Positions 49,090-58,219 of a stretch of DNA of 60,139 bases are shown here, piece after piece. Positions within the stretch are counted from its first letter, which is position 1, and every line of letters begins with the position of its first letter. Source of the DNA: Oceanispirochaeta sp. Lineage in GTDB: Bacteria; Spirochaetota; Spirochaetia; DSM-2461. The notes beneath the pieces were generated by a model. That model was given only the letters and a program-made list of their open reading frames with translations. It was not told where the DNA came from and ran no database searches. The translations under genes were made by a program, and so were the position numbers. The DNA is taken from contig NZ_JAQIBL010000003.1 of the NCBI RefSeq assembly GCF_027859075.1, forward strand, positions 1 through 60,139, given 5' to 3'.

Positions 49090-49115
49090 TGTGTGCCATG
49101 CCGGTATGACACACA
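49090..49115 (-). terminator. Stem-loop at the end of the ABC/URO-D operon
   Basis: Minus strand TGTGTGTCAT-accggc-ATGGCACACA. Confidence 0.5.
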
Positions 49116-49127
49116 TTGATTAGAACA

Positions 49128-50213
49128 TCAGGACCACTTCAAAAGCCTGTCCAGAATTGTCTTCTGCATCCCCCTGTCCGATTCAGAAATACAGAGATAG
49201 ATCCCTTTGGGAGACATCTGGGAAATAAACTCTTCCAGTTCGGACAGCTCCAGATCCACGATGACACCCTTGCCGGCGTTCTGAATCTTCTTGATCAGAG
49301 GCAGCCACTGCATAATGGGTTTTTCATTACCGACACCTTGAACCCATTGGATGGCATTGATCTCATCCAACTCTAGGATAGAGTCAATATGGTTAGCAAC
49401 ACCCTTCCCGTCCAGATGGAAGATATTGTGCTCGAAGTGTTTCACTTCCCTCTTGATATATGGCAATGAGAACTCATCAAAACTAGGCTTTGAGATCATG
49501 GACCCCAAGTCACAGCTTGGGATATGCATGGTCTTGAAAGAGGGAATATTCATCCAGGAAACGGAGAGCTGTTTCTTCGCTTTCAATTTCCTGTGCATCA
49601 TATCCATGATGCCCACAAAGGGCTTGTAACAGTTTTCAATCATCCTGTGCAGCCTGTCAGGATCATCGTACATATCCATGCATAATCCCGTTGTCCCTCT
49701 CAGAGCATCCAGACAGTCAAGGCTGGGGTGCATGTCGGTGTATCCCACCATGTATCTGTTTTCACACCTTTCCAGGGAATGATCAGTCAGCTCCATGAGC
49801 TTTGCCAGAGACTCGTTGTCCTCATCAAATTTGATCTTATCTGCATCCCCCTGGGAATGAAGGATGGGATGGACCCAGGAGGTAACATCCCCAAACTCAA
49901 TTTCTCCCCCCAGCATGGCAGCATAGACATTAGGTCCAAGATTCGGCCAATAAACCGGGAAAGTTTCTCCCAGACAAGGTCCATCCAATGAAGCTTCAAA
50001 ATGCTTGATCTGATATTCAACATCGTACCACCGGTCTTTGAGGCTCTTCCAGTTCTCCGTATCTTCAACAGTTTCGTATTCTTGATTATGAGCCGTAAAT
50101 CGAACGGGTACCCGGTCTATTATTTCGCATTCATACCAGGCATAAATCCTTTTCATAGACTCTACAAAGTCCGGTTTATATTCCAGGTCCAGATCATAAA
50201 AATCCTGATTCAT
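49128..50213 (-). CDS. URO-D/MetE-like TIM-barrel protein of unknown function
   Basis: DRVPV, NLGP, ALRG..LCMDMYDDP, SCDLGSMISKPSFDEF and FHLDG, a URO-D-like pattern; AGGAG RBS; directly after the permease. Confidence 0.7.
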   Translation of the reverse strand: MNQDFYDLDLEYKPDFVESMKRIYAWYECEIIDRVPVRFTAHNQEYETVEDTENWKSLKDRWYDVEYQIKHFEASLDGPCLGETFPVYWPNLGPNVYAAMLGGEIEFGDVTSWVHPILHSQGDADKIKFDEDNESLAKLMELTDHSLERCENRYMVGYTDMHPSLDCLDALRGTTGLCMDMYDDPDRLHRMIENCYKPFVGIMDMMHRKLKAKKQLSVSWMNIPSFKTMHIPSCDLGSMISKPSFDEFSLPYIKREVKHFEHNIFHLDGKGVANHIDSILELDEINAIQWVQGVGNEKPIMQWLPLIKKIQNAGKGVIVDLELSELEEFISQMSPKGIYLCISESDRGMQKTILDRLLKWS

Positions 50214-50223
50214 AAAAAATCTC

Positions 50224-51177
50224 CTATGCCTTGATTTTCTGTTTTTTAGAGAGGATATCAATGGAAACAGCCAGCAGCAGGACAAGTCCTTTCACGACCC
50301 GCTGCCAGTACTCGCTGATATTCAGCATCAGCATTCCATTGGCGAGAACACCCATAAACAGAACACCTATGATAACCTTGAAGAGTTTCCCTTCTCCACC
50401 GCTGACACTGACACCACCCAATACAACCGCCGTAATGATATCCATTTCGTATCCGTCTCCGGCACTGGGCTGACCACTGTTGACACGGGACATAAGGACA
50501 AGTCCTGACATGGCTGCCAGAAAGGCTTCCAGCATATAGACCTTATAGATGACAGCCTTGATGTTGACCCCGGAGAGTCTGGTAGCTTCCTCATTCCCAC
50601 CGATTCCATACACACAGCGTCCAAAGACCGTTTTATTGAGAAGAATAATACCGGCAATGAAAAAGAACACCATTATGATGACAGACACGGGGATTCCCAA
50701 AAGATTTCCCTGGCCCAGAAACTTGAAAGAGACAGGCAAACCATAGACAGGCATTCCCCCGCAGATGAGGTATATGGCCCCTCGGAGAGTGGTCATCATA
50801 GCCAGGGTCGTGATGAGGGGGGGTATGGTGACATAATTGATGAAAGTCGCAATCACGGCACCGATACCAAGGGCAATAATGAAAGTAATAAGCAGAGCCA
50901 GTAGTATGGGAACTCCACTACTGAGCATCAGGGCACAGGAAACGGCTGATAATCCAATGACAGACCCCACGGAGAGGTCAATCCCTCCGGTCAGGATCAC
51001 CGTGGTCATACCGACGGCGCAGATTCCGGTAATTGAGATTTGCCTGAGTATATTGAGCATATTATTGGTGCTTAAAAAATTTTCCGACCTGATTGAAAAA
51101 AAGGTAAACATAAGCAAAAGGGATAGCAATATCCCCACACTGGACCAATCTATATTCTTTTTATTAATATTTTGCAT
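50224..51177 (-). CDS. Monosaccharide ABC permease (CUT2, RbsC-like)
   Basis: GGIDLSVG, GGNEEATRLSG and AVVLGGVS motifs. Confidence 0.93.
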   Translation of the reverse strand: MQNINKKNIDWSSVGILLSLLLMFTFFSIRSENFLSTNNMLNILRQISITGICAVGMTTVILTGGIDLSVGSVIGLSAVSCALMLSSGVPILLALLITFIIALGIGAVIATFINYVTIPPLITTLAMMTTLRGAIYLICGGMPVYGLPVSFKFLGQGNLLGIPVSVIIMVFFFIAGIILLNKTVFGRCVYGIGGNEEATRLSGVNIKAVIYKVYMLEAFLAAMSGLVLMSRVNSGQPSAGDGYEMDIITAVVLGGVSVSGGEGKLFKVIIGVLFMGVLANGMLMLNISEYWQRVVKGLVLLLAVSIDILSKKQKIKA

Positions 51178-52672
51178 TTTCCACCTCCCTGGCAACCGAT
51201 GCTAATTCCAGGATCTTTTCCTGTGTTGTTTCTTCTTTAGATAATTCACCGGTGATTTTTCCGCCGGCCATGACGAGGATTCTGTCACTCATACCAATCA
51301 GTTCAGGCATTTCGGAAGAGATCATAATGATGACTTTTCCCATGAGAGCAAGTTCATTGATCAGGTTGTAAATCTCCTGCTTGGCACCTACATCAATTCC
51401 CCTGGTGGGTTCATCAAAAATCAGGATTTTGCTCTCCATAAGAAGCCATTTAGCCAGCACAACCTTCTGTTGGTTTCCCCCGGACAGGTTTTTGACAAGT
51501 TGATCGCTGGAGGGTGTTTTTATTTTAAGAGACCGGATCTGTTCAGCACTGAGTTTGTTCTCTTTTGCATCAGAGATGATGCCCAGGGTTCCAGTCAGAT
51601 TCTTCATATAGGCAAAGGAGATATTCTCTTTTATATTCATATGCAGCAAGGTACCCTGCTGTTTTCTATCCTCGGGAATCAAGCCGATCCCGTTCTGTAC
51701 ACCGTCTTTTGGAGAGTGAATCCCCACCTTCTTTCCATCGATCAGGATCTCACCGCTGGTCAGACGATCGGCTCCGAAGAGGACTCTAGCCACTTCGGTT
51801 CTCCCTGCTCCCACCAGACCGGCAAAACCCAGTTTCTCACCCTTAAATGCAGAGAAAGAAACATCCTTCAAAACAGAAGTATTCAGGTTTTTAACCTCAA
51901 GGACTTTTTCTCCTCTCTCCATTTCGATCTGCGGAAAAGAATGATCCAGATCCCGGTTCACCATCAGCTTGATCAGCTCATTTTTATTTGTATCTTTCAC
52001 AAGGGATGTAGAAATGTACTCACCGTCTCTGAAAACGGAAACCTTGTCACAGATTTCAAAGATCTCTTCCAGTCTATGAGAAATGTATATGATGGCGATG
52101 CCGTCAATTTTCAGTTTTTCAACAATCCGGAATAAGTATTCAAGTTCATTGTTGGTCAGAGGGGCAGAGGGTTCATCCATGATCATGATTTTGACTGTTC
52201 TGGAAACAGATTTTGCAATCTCCACCAGCTGCTGGTATCCAACAGTCAAATCTTTGACCAGCATTTTGGGATCGATCAGAACACCAAGACTGTCCAGGAC
52301 TTTTTTTGATTTCTTTTCTATGGATTTATAATCGATAAATCCTCTTTTTTTGTCATATCGATTGTAATAAATGTTCTCTGCAACAGAGAGATGATCAAAT
52401 AGATTAAACTCCTGGTAGATGGCAGTGATTCCCAGGTGCAGCCTCTCTGCAGGGCTGCTGTCTTTCAGCTTCTGCCCCTCAAAATAGACATCCCCTGAAG
52501 TGGCTTCGATAGCACCTGTAATTATTTTTATAAATGTAGATTTCCCGGCTCCATTCTCTCCCACAATGGCATGAACTTCACCTTCTCTGAACCCCAGGGA
52601 AACACCCTTCAGCGCAACAACTCCGGGGTACTCTTTTCTAATCCCTTTGAGCTCTAATAAATAGTCATCCAT
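51164..52672 (-). CDS. Monosaccharide ABC ATPase (RbsA/MglA-like)
   Basis: GENGAGKST, MDEP, LSGGNQQKV and DEPTRGIDVGAK motifs. Confidence 0.95.
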   Translation of the reverse strand: MDDYLLELKGIRKEYPGVVALKGVSLGFREGEVHAIVGENGAGKSTFIKIITGAIEATSGDVYFEGQKLKDSSPAERLHLGITAIYQEFNLFDHLSVAENIYYNRYDKKRGFIDYKSIEKKSKKVLDSLGVLIDPKMLVKDLTVGYQQLVEIAKSVSRTVKIMIMDEPSAPLTNNELEYLFRIVEKLKIDGIAIIYISHRLEEIFEICDKVSVFRDGEYISTSLVKDTNKNELIKLMVNRDLDHSFPQIEMERGEKVLEVKNLNTSVLKDVSFSAFKGEKLGFAGLVGAGRTEVARVLFGADRLTSGEILIDGKKVGIHSPKDGVQNGIGLIPEDRKQQGTLLHMNIKENISFAYMKNLTGTLGIISDAKENKLSAEQIRSLKIKTPSSDQLVKNLSGGNQQKVVLAKWLLMESKILIFDEPTRGIDVGAKQEIYNLINELALMGKVIIMISSEMPELIGMSDRILVMAGGKITGELSKEETTQEKILELASVAREVENAKY

Positions 52673-52697
52673 GCTTTGTCCTTTCATACGATCAATT

Positions 52698-52750
52698 ATA
52701 AAAAGAGAGAGAGAGGATAGAGCCCGGGGAAGGGATCACTCCTGCTCTCT
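52698..52750 (-). terminator. Hairpin with U tract after the SBP gene
   Basis: Minus strand AAGAGAG-CAGGA...TCCT-CTCTCTCTTTT, an imperfect long stem. Confidence 0.5.
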
Positions 52751-52760
52751 TCATTACAGA

Positions 52761-53750
52761 TTATTTGATGTATTCGCCGATATTGGCATCAGTTACAATT
52801 TTCATGTCAATGAGGATTTTTTCTTTTATAGGTCCGTCAGCAAGAACTTTCATTGCAATTTCAAGGGCGTCCCGGCCCAGTTTTGCAGGCTGAATATCGA
52901 CAGTTCCCTGATACATGGTATCTCCGGCAATAAGCTCAAGGGCCTGGGGAAGTGCATCCAGACCTGTGATACAGGTATTGTTAATAGTATGATTTTTACG
53001 GGCCAGACAGGCTTCGTACACACCAAGGGCAGATGAATCATTGATTCCCAGGAAGATAGCTACATTTGGATTGGCAGTCAGAGCAGTTTCGGCCACTTTA
53101 TAACCCGTATCTGCATCGGCAGCATCCTGCTCAAATACGTAGTCAAACTTTGCAGAACCTGTATATGTTTCTTCCATTCCGGCTTTCAGACCGTCACCGC
53201 GATCTATTAGGGAGGCAATCACATCATAGCGGATGACAACAACTTCGATTTCACCTTTCTTATTGAGAACATCTGAAATTGTTCCAGCAGCTTCTTTCTC
53301 ATTGAGCCACTGTCCGGCAATGATCCCGCCATTGTACCCAAAGTCATATTCACTTGTACCGATAAAAGCAGAAGATCCCTTGACTGTCTGATTAATACCG
53401 ATAACTGGAATGCCCTGAGCCTGTGCATTTGCAACGGCGTCTTCGGGTGCTTTTTCATCTACAGGGCTGATGAGAATAACATCAACCTGCTGGGCAATAA
53501 AGTTTTCAATATGAGCCACATGCTTGGAAGCATCAGCTGCCGCATCGGCGACTATAAGATCAATCCCCATATCTTTCGCGGCAACTTTCATGCCTTCCAC
53601 AACGGATACGAAATAGGCATTTTCCATGCTCTGAACGGTATAACCGATCTTCAGTTTTTTCTCACCCGAAGCAGATGCATCAGACTGTCCATTTGCCATA
53701 ACACTGAAAGTCATAAGGGTACATAATAAAACCAATAGTAATTTTCTCAT
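52761..53750 (-). CDS. Monosaccharide ABC substrate-binding protein (RbsB-like)
   Basis: Leader MRKLLLVLL...MANGQSD; NAYF, IENFIAQQVD, NDSSALG and GLD motifs. Confidence 0.92.
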   Translation of the reverse strand: MRKLLLVLLCTLMTFSVMANGQSDASASGEKKLKIGYTVQSMENAYFVSVVEGMKVAAKDMGIDLIVADAAADASKHVAHIENFIAQQVDVILISPVDEKAPEDAVANAQAQGIPVIGINQTVKGSSAFIGTSEYDFGYNGGIIAGQWLNEKEAAGTISDVLNKKGEIEVVVIRYDVIASLIDRGDGLKAGMEETYTGSAKFDYVFEQDAADADTGYKVAETALTANPNVAIFLGINDSSALGVYEACLARKNHTINNTCITGLDALPQALELIAGDTMYQGTVDIQPAKLGRDALEIAMKVLADGPIKEKILIDMKIVTDANIGEYIK

Positions 53751-53794
53751 TTAAAAGTCCTCCTGATATTTATCATTGACTGAGACTGTTCCCG

Positions 53795-53820
53795 GGATTA
53801 ATCCGGCGCCGGATTAGTCC
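53795..53820. repeat. 26-bp near-perfect palindrome in the SBP leader
   Basis: GGATTAATCCGGCGCCGGATTAGTCC with an 18-bp perfect core. Confidence 0.7.
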
Positions 53821-53919
53821 AAAAAATCATAAATCAGTACAAGATCTATGAAGACTTTAGCACCCAAATTTTCAAACGTGAATACAATATGAATCTATAA
53901 TCTTTAAATATGATCTGAT

Positions 53920-55482
53920 TTACCGGACAGTTTTAATATATCCCGAGGGAGTCATTCCGGTTTGCTTTTTAAAGGCTGATGAGAAATAGGTCGGATTATT
54001 GTACCCCACCATATAGCTGATCTCATAACTGCGGTAATTAGTATTGGACAGCAGAGTTTTGGCTTTTTCAATTCTGAAGTCTGTCAGATAATCAGTAAAA
54101 CTCGAACCTGCAGCCTCTTTGAAAACAATGCTGAAATAGCTTTTACTCAACCCGACCTCTGAGGCCACCATATTGATCCTCAGCTCCGGATTTGTATAGT
54201 TTTCCTCAATGAAGGTGAAGGCGTTGATCATCAGCTGATCCAGGGAGTGGTCACTTTTCAGATTAAGAAACTCTGAGAGAGGACAGAGTTTCTCCTTGAG
54301 AAGATCCAGGCTCTCAGAACAGGTTTCTGCTGCCAGGATTTTATCAAGAAGATCCTTACTATCTCCCATTACATCCGCAGTATGTATGGACAGTTTCAAT
54401 GCTTCACGTTCTATAGCAGCAAATATTTTGCTCAAAGTAAAAATAAATACGATTCTGGCTTTCTGACCGCAATTCCGGATACAAAGCCCGTACTCATCCA
54501 TACACTGTGGCACAGCTTTAAAATTTCCCAGCATTGTCAGCTGGGCCAGTTTATCCGCAGCCGCTTCTGACCTGAAATCATACCCGTCACTCTCTGCTTT
54601 AAAATCACTCAGATAAAGGTCTCTTTTGGGTCCATGTATAAAAAACAAATCTTCAACCCGGAGAGCCTCCTGGTAGGACTGTGACAAGTTGAGAAATTGA
54701 TTGACCGTACTTCCATTTTCAAAGAACAGAGATGACCCGTTTAAATCGGAGAAATCATCCAGCAGATTCTTTTTAACCTGGTCCAAATTCTCTTTAAGAG
54801 TCACTCGGCTTTCAGAGATGGAGAGGATCAGGATTTTTCCAAAGTGAGAAAGAATTTCAATTCCCGGAACCGGTTTTTTGTGAAGGGCCTGGCGGATCTG
54901 ATTCAGATTCTCTGACCTTGTCCTGATTATTGTGACAGAAAAAGCCTTGTACTTTTCAACAGGAAGAAGAGTCTTATACTCCCGAAGCAGATCAGGATAC
55001 CCCGGAATACCCGATAGAACCTGATTGTACATACTGATTGTATCATGACTCCTCTTTTCATCCTCAAGCCTGTCAATACTGCTGATTTTCCGGGACATAT
55101 GACTCTTCAGATCCTTGTCCTTCACAATTTTCTGCATAACAGATTCAAGGCTCTCCAGATTGATGGGTTTTAGAATATAATCTTCCGCACCCTGTTTTAT
55201 GGCCTTATGGGCATAAGAAAAATCATCATGGGCACTGATGATGACAGTGGCGATTTCAGAATCAAAGTTTTTCACCTTGCTGATCAGTTCCAGGCCATCC
55301 AGGTGGGGCATTCTGATATCCGTCAAAAGGATATCCGGGTGAAATGTTTTCACAGCATCCAATGCGATCTTCCCATCATCTGCCGTAGCCGCAATCTCAA
55401 TGCCCAGCCGAACCCAGTCAAAATTCTCAGATAACCCCCGTAACAGGATTTCATCATCATCGGCAATAACTATTGTATACAA
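53920..55482 (-). CDS. YesN-type response regulator (REC + AraC)
   Basis: IADDD, DIRMPHLDG, YILKP and GYNNPTYFSSAFKK motifs; TTG start. Confidence 0.93.
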   Translation of the reverse strand: MYTIVIADDDEILLRGLSENFDWVRLGIEIAATADDGKIALDAVKTFHPDILLTDIRMPHLDGLELISKVKNFDSEIATVIISAHDDFSYAHKAIKQGAEDYILKPINLESLESVMQKIVKDKDLKSHMSRKISSIDRLEDEKRSHDTISMYNQVLSGIPGYPDLLREYKTLLPVEKYKAFSVTIIRTRSENLNQIRQALHKKPVPGIEILSHFGKILILSISESRVTLKENLDQVKKNLLDDFSDLNGSSLFFENGSTVNQFLNLSQSYQEALRVEDLFFIHGPKRDLYLSDFKAESDGYDFRSEAAADKLAQLTMLGNFKAVPQCMDEYGLCIRNCGQKARIVFIFTLSKIFAAIEREALKLSIHTADVMGDSKDLLDKILAAETCSESLDLLKEKLCPLSEFLNLKSDHSLDQLMINAFTFIEENYTNPELRINMVASEVGLSKSYFSIVFKEAAGSSFTDYLTDFRIEKAKTLLSNTNYRSYEISYMVGYNNPTYFSSAFKKQTGMTPSGYIKTVR

Positions 55483-55483
55483 A

Positions 55484-57280
55484 TCAAAGATCTCCCCTGA
55501 TTCTCAAAGTGATTTTTGTTCCTTCTCCGATCTGGCTCTCTATACCCAGGGAGCACTTGTCCTTAAAAAAAAGAGACAGCCTCTCCTTCACATTCTTAAA
55601 CCCGTAAGAACTTAAATCGTCCTGGTCGTCCATCACCGGATCGCCTCCACACAGTGGTTCCAGCTGTTCAGGACTCATCCCGGCACCGTTGTCAGAGATG
55701 ATGATGACCACATCTTTCTTTTCTTCATAACCGTATATATGGATGAACCCGCCCTCCTGGAGGTTTTTGATGCCATGGTAGATGGCATTCTCCACCAGAG
55801 GCTGCAAAATAAGCTTGGGAAGGGGCTGGGTCATTATATCATCGGGAAGATCTATCTCATAGGACAATTTGTTCTTGTACCGCAACTGCTGGATAGTCAG
55901 ATAACTGGTAACATTCTCAATCTCCTGCTGCAGACTGATGATGTCTTTTCCTTTGCTTAGACCGGTTCTAAGAAAGACTGTCAACGCCTGAATCATCCTG
56001 ATAGAATCCTCAGACTCTTTCATCCTGATAAGCCAGATGATGGAATCCAGGGTATTATACAGAAAGTGAGGGTTGATCTGAGCCTGAAGCAGCATCAATT
56101 CATACTGTTTCAGCTTATTCTGCTCCTCATAGATTTTATCCATTAGTTTGGTAATATCAAAGATCATTTTATTGAAATCTCTACCCAGGACTCCGATTTC
56201 ATCCTCCGCCGAATTGTGGACCCTGGCCGAGAAATCGCCTTTTCGAACCAGCGCCATTGTCTGGGAGAGTTCTATGATCGGATTTGTGAGAGACCTCGAA
56301 ACACGGTAAGCCATAAGAGAGGAAATTAATATCAGTACCAGCAAAATAAAAAAAGAGAATACCAGGATGATGATCAGATTCTTAAACAGGCTTTTCTTGG
56401 ACACGGTGCTGCAGTAGATCCAGTCGCTGATTGTTGAGCGTTTATAGGCAGTGATGGATGATCTCCCCTCCTTGATATTAATTTTTCCTGCACCTGCTGC
56501 GGTATCCCAATATTTGATTCCCGGACGGCTGACACGGACAAGTTCGGGAAGAAGATCTTTTTCCTGATAGCGGCTGATCCCTGTTTTTTCGAAGACATAG
56601 GTATCCTCTTCATCCACCAGATACAAAGTGGAGAATTTCTCCTCTTCAGATTGGTTCAGATGAGAAGGAAGCCTGATGTCCACAACGATAAGACCCAGAA
56701 CTTCCTTATTCAGGACTTGTCGGATAGGAATGAGAAGAGGAACATGATTCTCGGGAAGGGTTTCTACCACAAGAGATCCTGACTGGGGACGGTACCAACT
56801 GAAACGACTCTGTTTTCTGCCATTCCTGTACCACTCTTCCTCTTTAAATGCACTGTCTATGAACATCTTATCCGCACTCTTAAAGAGCCCTCCGTTTTCA
56901 GCAATGATGTAGACTTCAATCATATTGGATGTATATTGGAGCATTTGAGTCAGTTCAGAGTTCAAAATGGTTTCATCCAGGTACTGTTCAGTCGGACTGT
57001 CATAGGTATGAGACAGGATTTCATTGATCAATGGATTTCTGCTGATGGTGTTTCCGATTTGATAGGCATCTTCCAGGAGAAGATCCATTTCAGTGGAAAC
57101 CTGTTCTATCATTGAAACTGTATCAACTCTCAGACCGCGGACTGTATTGTTCAATAGATAAATACACAAAGGGATTCCGAAAAGTAAAATAGGGATGATA
57201 GAGAAGGCTGAAAAATACTTTAAAACCCTGTTCGCCAGCTTTGAGATTTTAAAGTGCCTGGAGACTCTTCCCATTTTCAT
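55484..57280 (-). CDS. YesM-type sensor kinase (Cache + HAMP)
   Basis: DEIG HAMP, LQAQINPHFLYNTLD, LQPLVENAIYHG and DNGAG motifs. Confidence 0.93.
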   Translation of the reverse strand: MKMGRVSRHFKISKLANRVLKYFSAFSIIPILLFGIPLCIYLLNNTVRGLRVDTVSMIEQVSTEMDLLLEDAYQIGNTISRNPLINEILSHTYDSPTEQYLDETILNSELTQMLQYTSNMIEVYIIAENGGLFKSADKMFIDSAFKEEEWYRNGRKQSRFSWYRPQSGSLVVETLPENHVPLLIPIRQVLNKEVLGLIVVDIRLPSHLNQSEEEKFSTLYLVDEEDTYVFEKTGISRYQEKDLLPELVRVSRPGIKYWDTAAGAGKINIKEGRSSITAYKRSTISDWIYCSTVSKKSLFKNLIIILVFSFFILLVLILISSLMAYRVSRSLTNPIIELSQTMALVRKGDFSARVHNSAEDEIGVLGRDFNKMIFDITKLMDKIYEEQNKLKQYELMLLQAQINPHFLYNTLDSIIWLIRMKESEDSIRMIQALTVFLRTGLSKGKDIISLQQEIENVTSYLTIQQLRYKNKLSYEIDLPDDIMTQPLPKLILQPLVENAIYHGIKNLQEGGFIHIYGYEEKKDVVIIISDNGAGMSPEQLEPLCGGDPVMDDQDDLSSYGFKNVKERLSLFFKDKCSLGIESQIGEGTKITLRIRGDL

Positions 57281-58200
57281 GGTATCAGATCCCGGGCATT
57301 CTCTGCTGAAATGAAAGTGCTCTTCAGAACTATAGAATCAAAATCACTCTTATTCTCTATATGCTTCCGAATCATACTGAAAAGAGGGGAAATACCGTCT
57401 TCTCTATAAACCGTTCCGTAATAGGAAGTGGATAAAATGGCTTTGGCTGCATCCGTTGATCCGCCAATTGAAATAATGGGAATCTTATACCCTACTTCCA
57501 GCAAGGCATCCTGGACCCCCAGTCCTAGCCGGTCATTATGGGCAAAAATGGCATCAATGGAAGAACCGTATTTTTCCAGGGCTTCCCTCATATCGCTGTA
57601 GGCTTCTATTCGAGTGCCGCAATTTTCAATGACTGCGGCTATGTACAGATTTTCATACAATCCTAGCCCCTGCCGGAATCCCAAAGCCAGATCTCTTGTA
57701 ACAGAAGAGAGAATCGGTCCCTGAATCTCAAGGATCTGAGTGGATTCTCCCATAGAAAGGGTTGAAAATGCTTCTGAGACAAGCGCCCCTTCTTTAACAT
57801 GATCACAGGCAATAATACTGCTGAGAGATCCTGTATTATGGACCCTTGTCGTAGAATTCATAAGAATGGTCCCGACTCCCCTCTTATGAGACTGATCTAT
57901 CTGATCCTCTAATCCTAGGGAGGTCACAGGAGAGATGATCAGGAAATCCGGGTCTCTTTCCAGAAGGGTAGTAATACCTCTTATCTGTCCTTTAAGGCTG
58001 TTTTCACTCCCTTCAAAAATAAATTGATATCCCGAATCTGCGGCGAATCGACTCATTTCATTGATGATACCGATACAAAGAGAACTGTCACGATTTTCAA
58101 TTGAGAGGGCGATGAGGGGTGGAGCGCTTACCTCTACGGACATTCTGGTACAGCCTGTGAATAGAACCAGGAGGCATAAGACTGTGATTTTCAGTTTCAA
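57277..58200 (-). CDS. Sugar-binding lipoprotein associated with the sensor kinase (XylFII-like)
   Basis: Lipobox LFTGC; periplasmic-binding-protein type I features (ISPV, AHND); overlaps the kinase start; TTG start inferred. Confidence 0.75.
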   Translation of the reverse strand: MKLKITVLCLLVLFTGCTRMSVEVSAPPLIALSIENRDSSLCIGIINEMSRFAADSGYQFIFEGSENSLKGQIRGITTLLERDPDFLIISPVTSLGLEDQIDQSHKRGVGTILMNSTTRVHNTGSLSSIIACDHVKEGALVSEAFSTLSMGESTQILEIQGPILSSVTRDLALGFRQGLGLYENLYIAAVIENCGTRIEAYSDMREALEKYGSSIDAIFAHNDRLGLGVQDALLEVGYKIPIISIGGSTDAAKAILSTSYYGTVYREDGISPLFSMIRKHIENKSDFDSIVLKSTFISAENARDLIP

Positions 58201-58219
58201 AGAAGATTCACCTGCTCCA

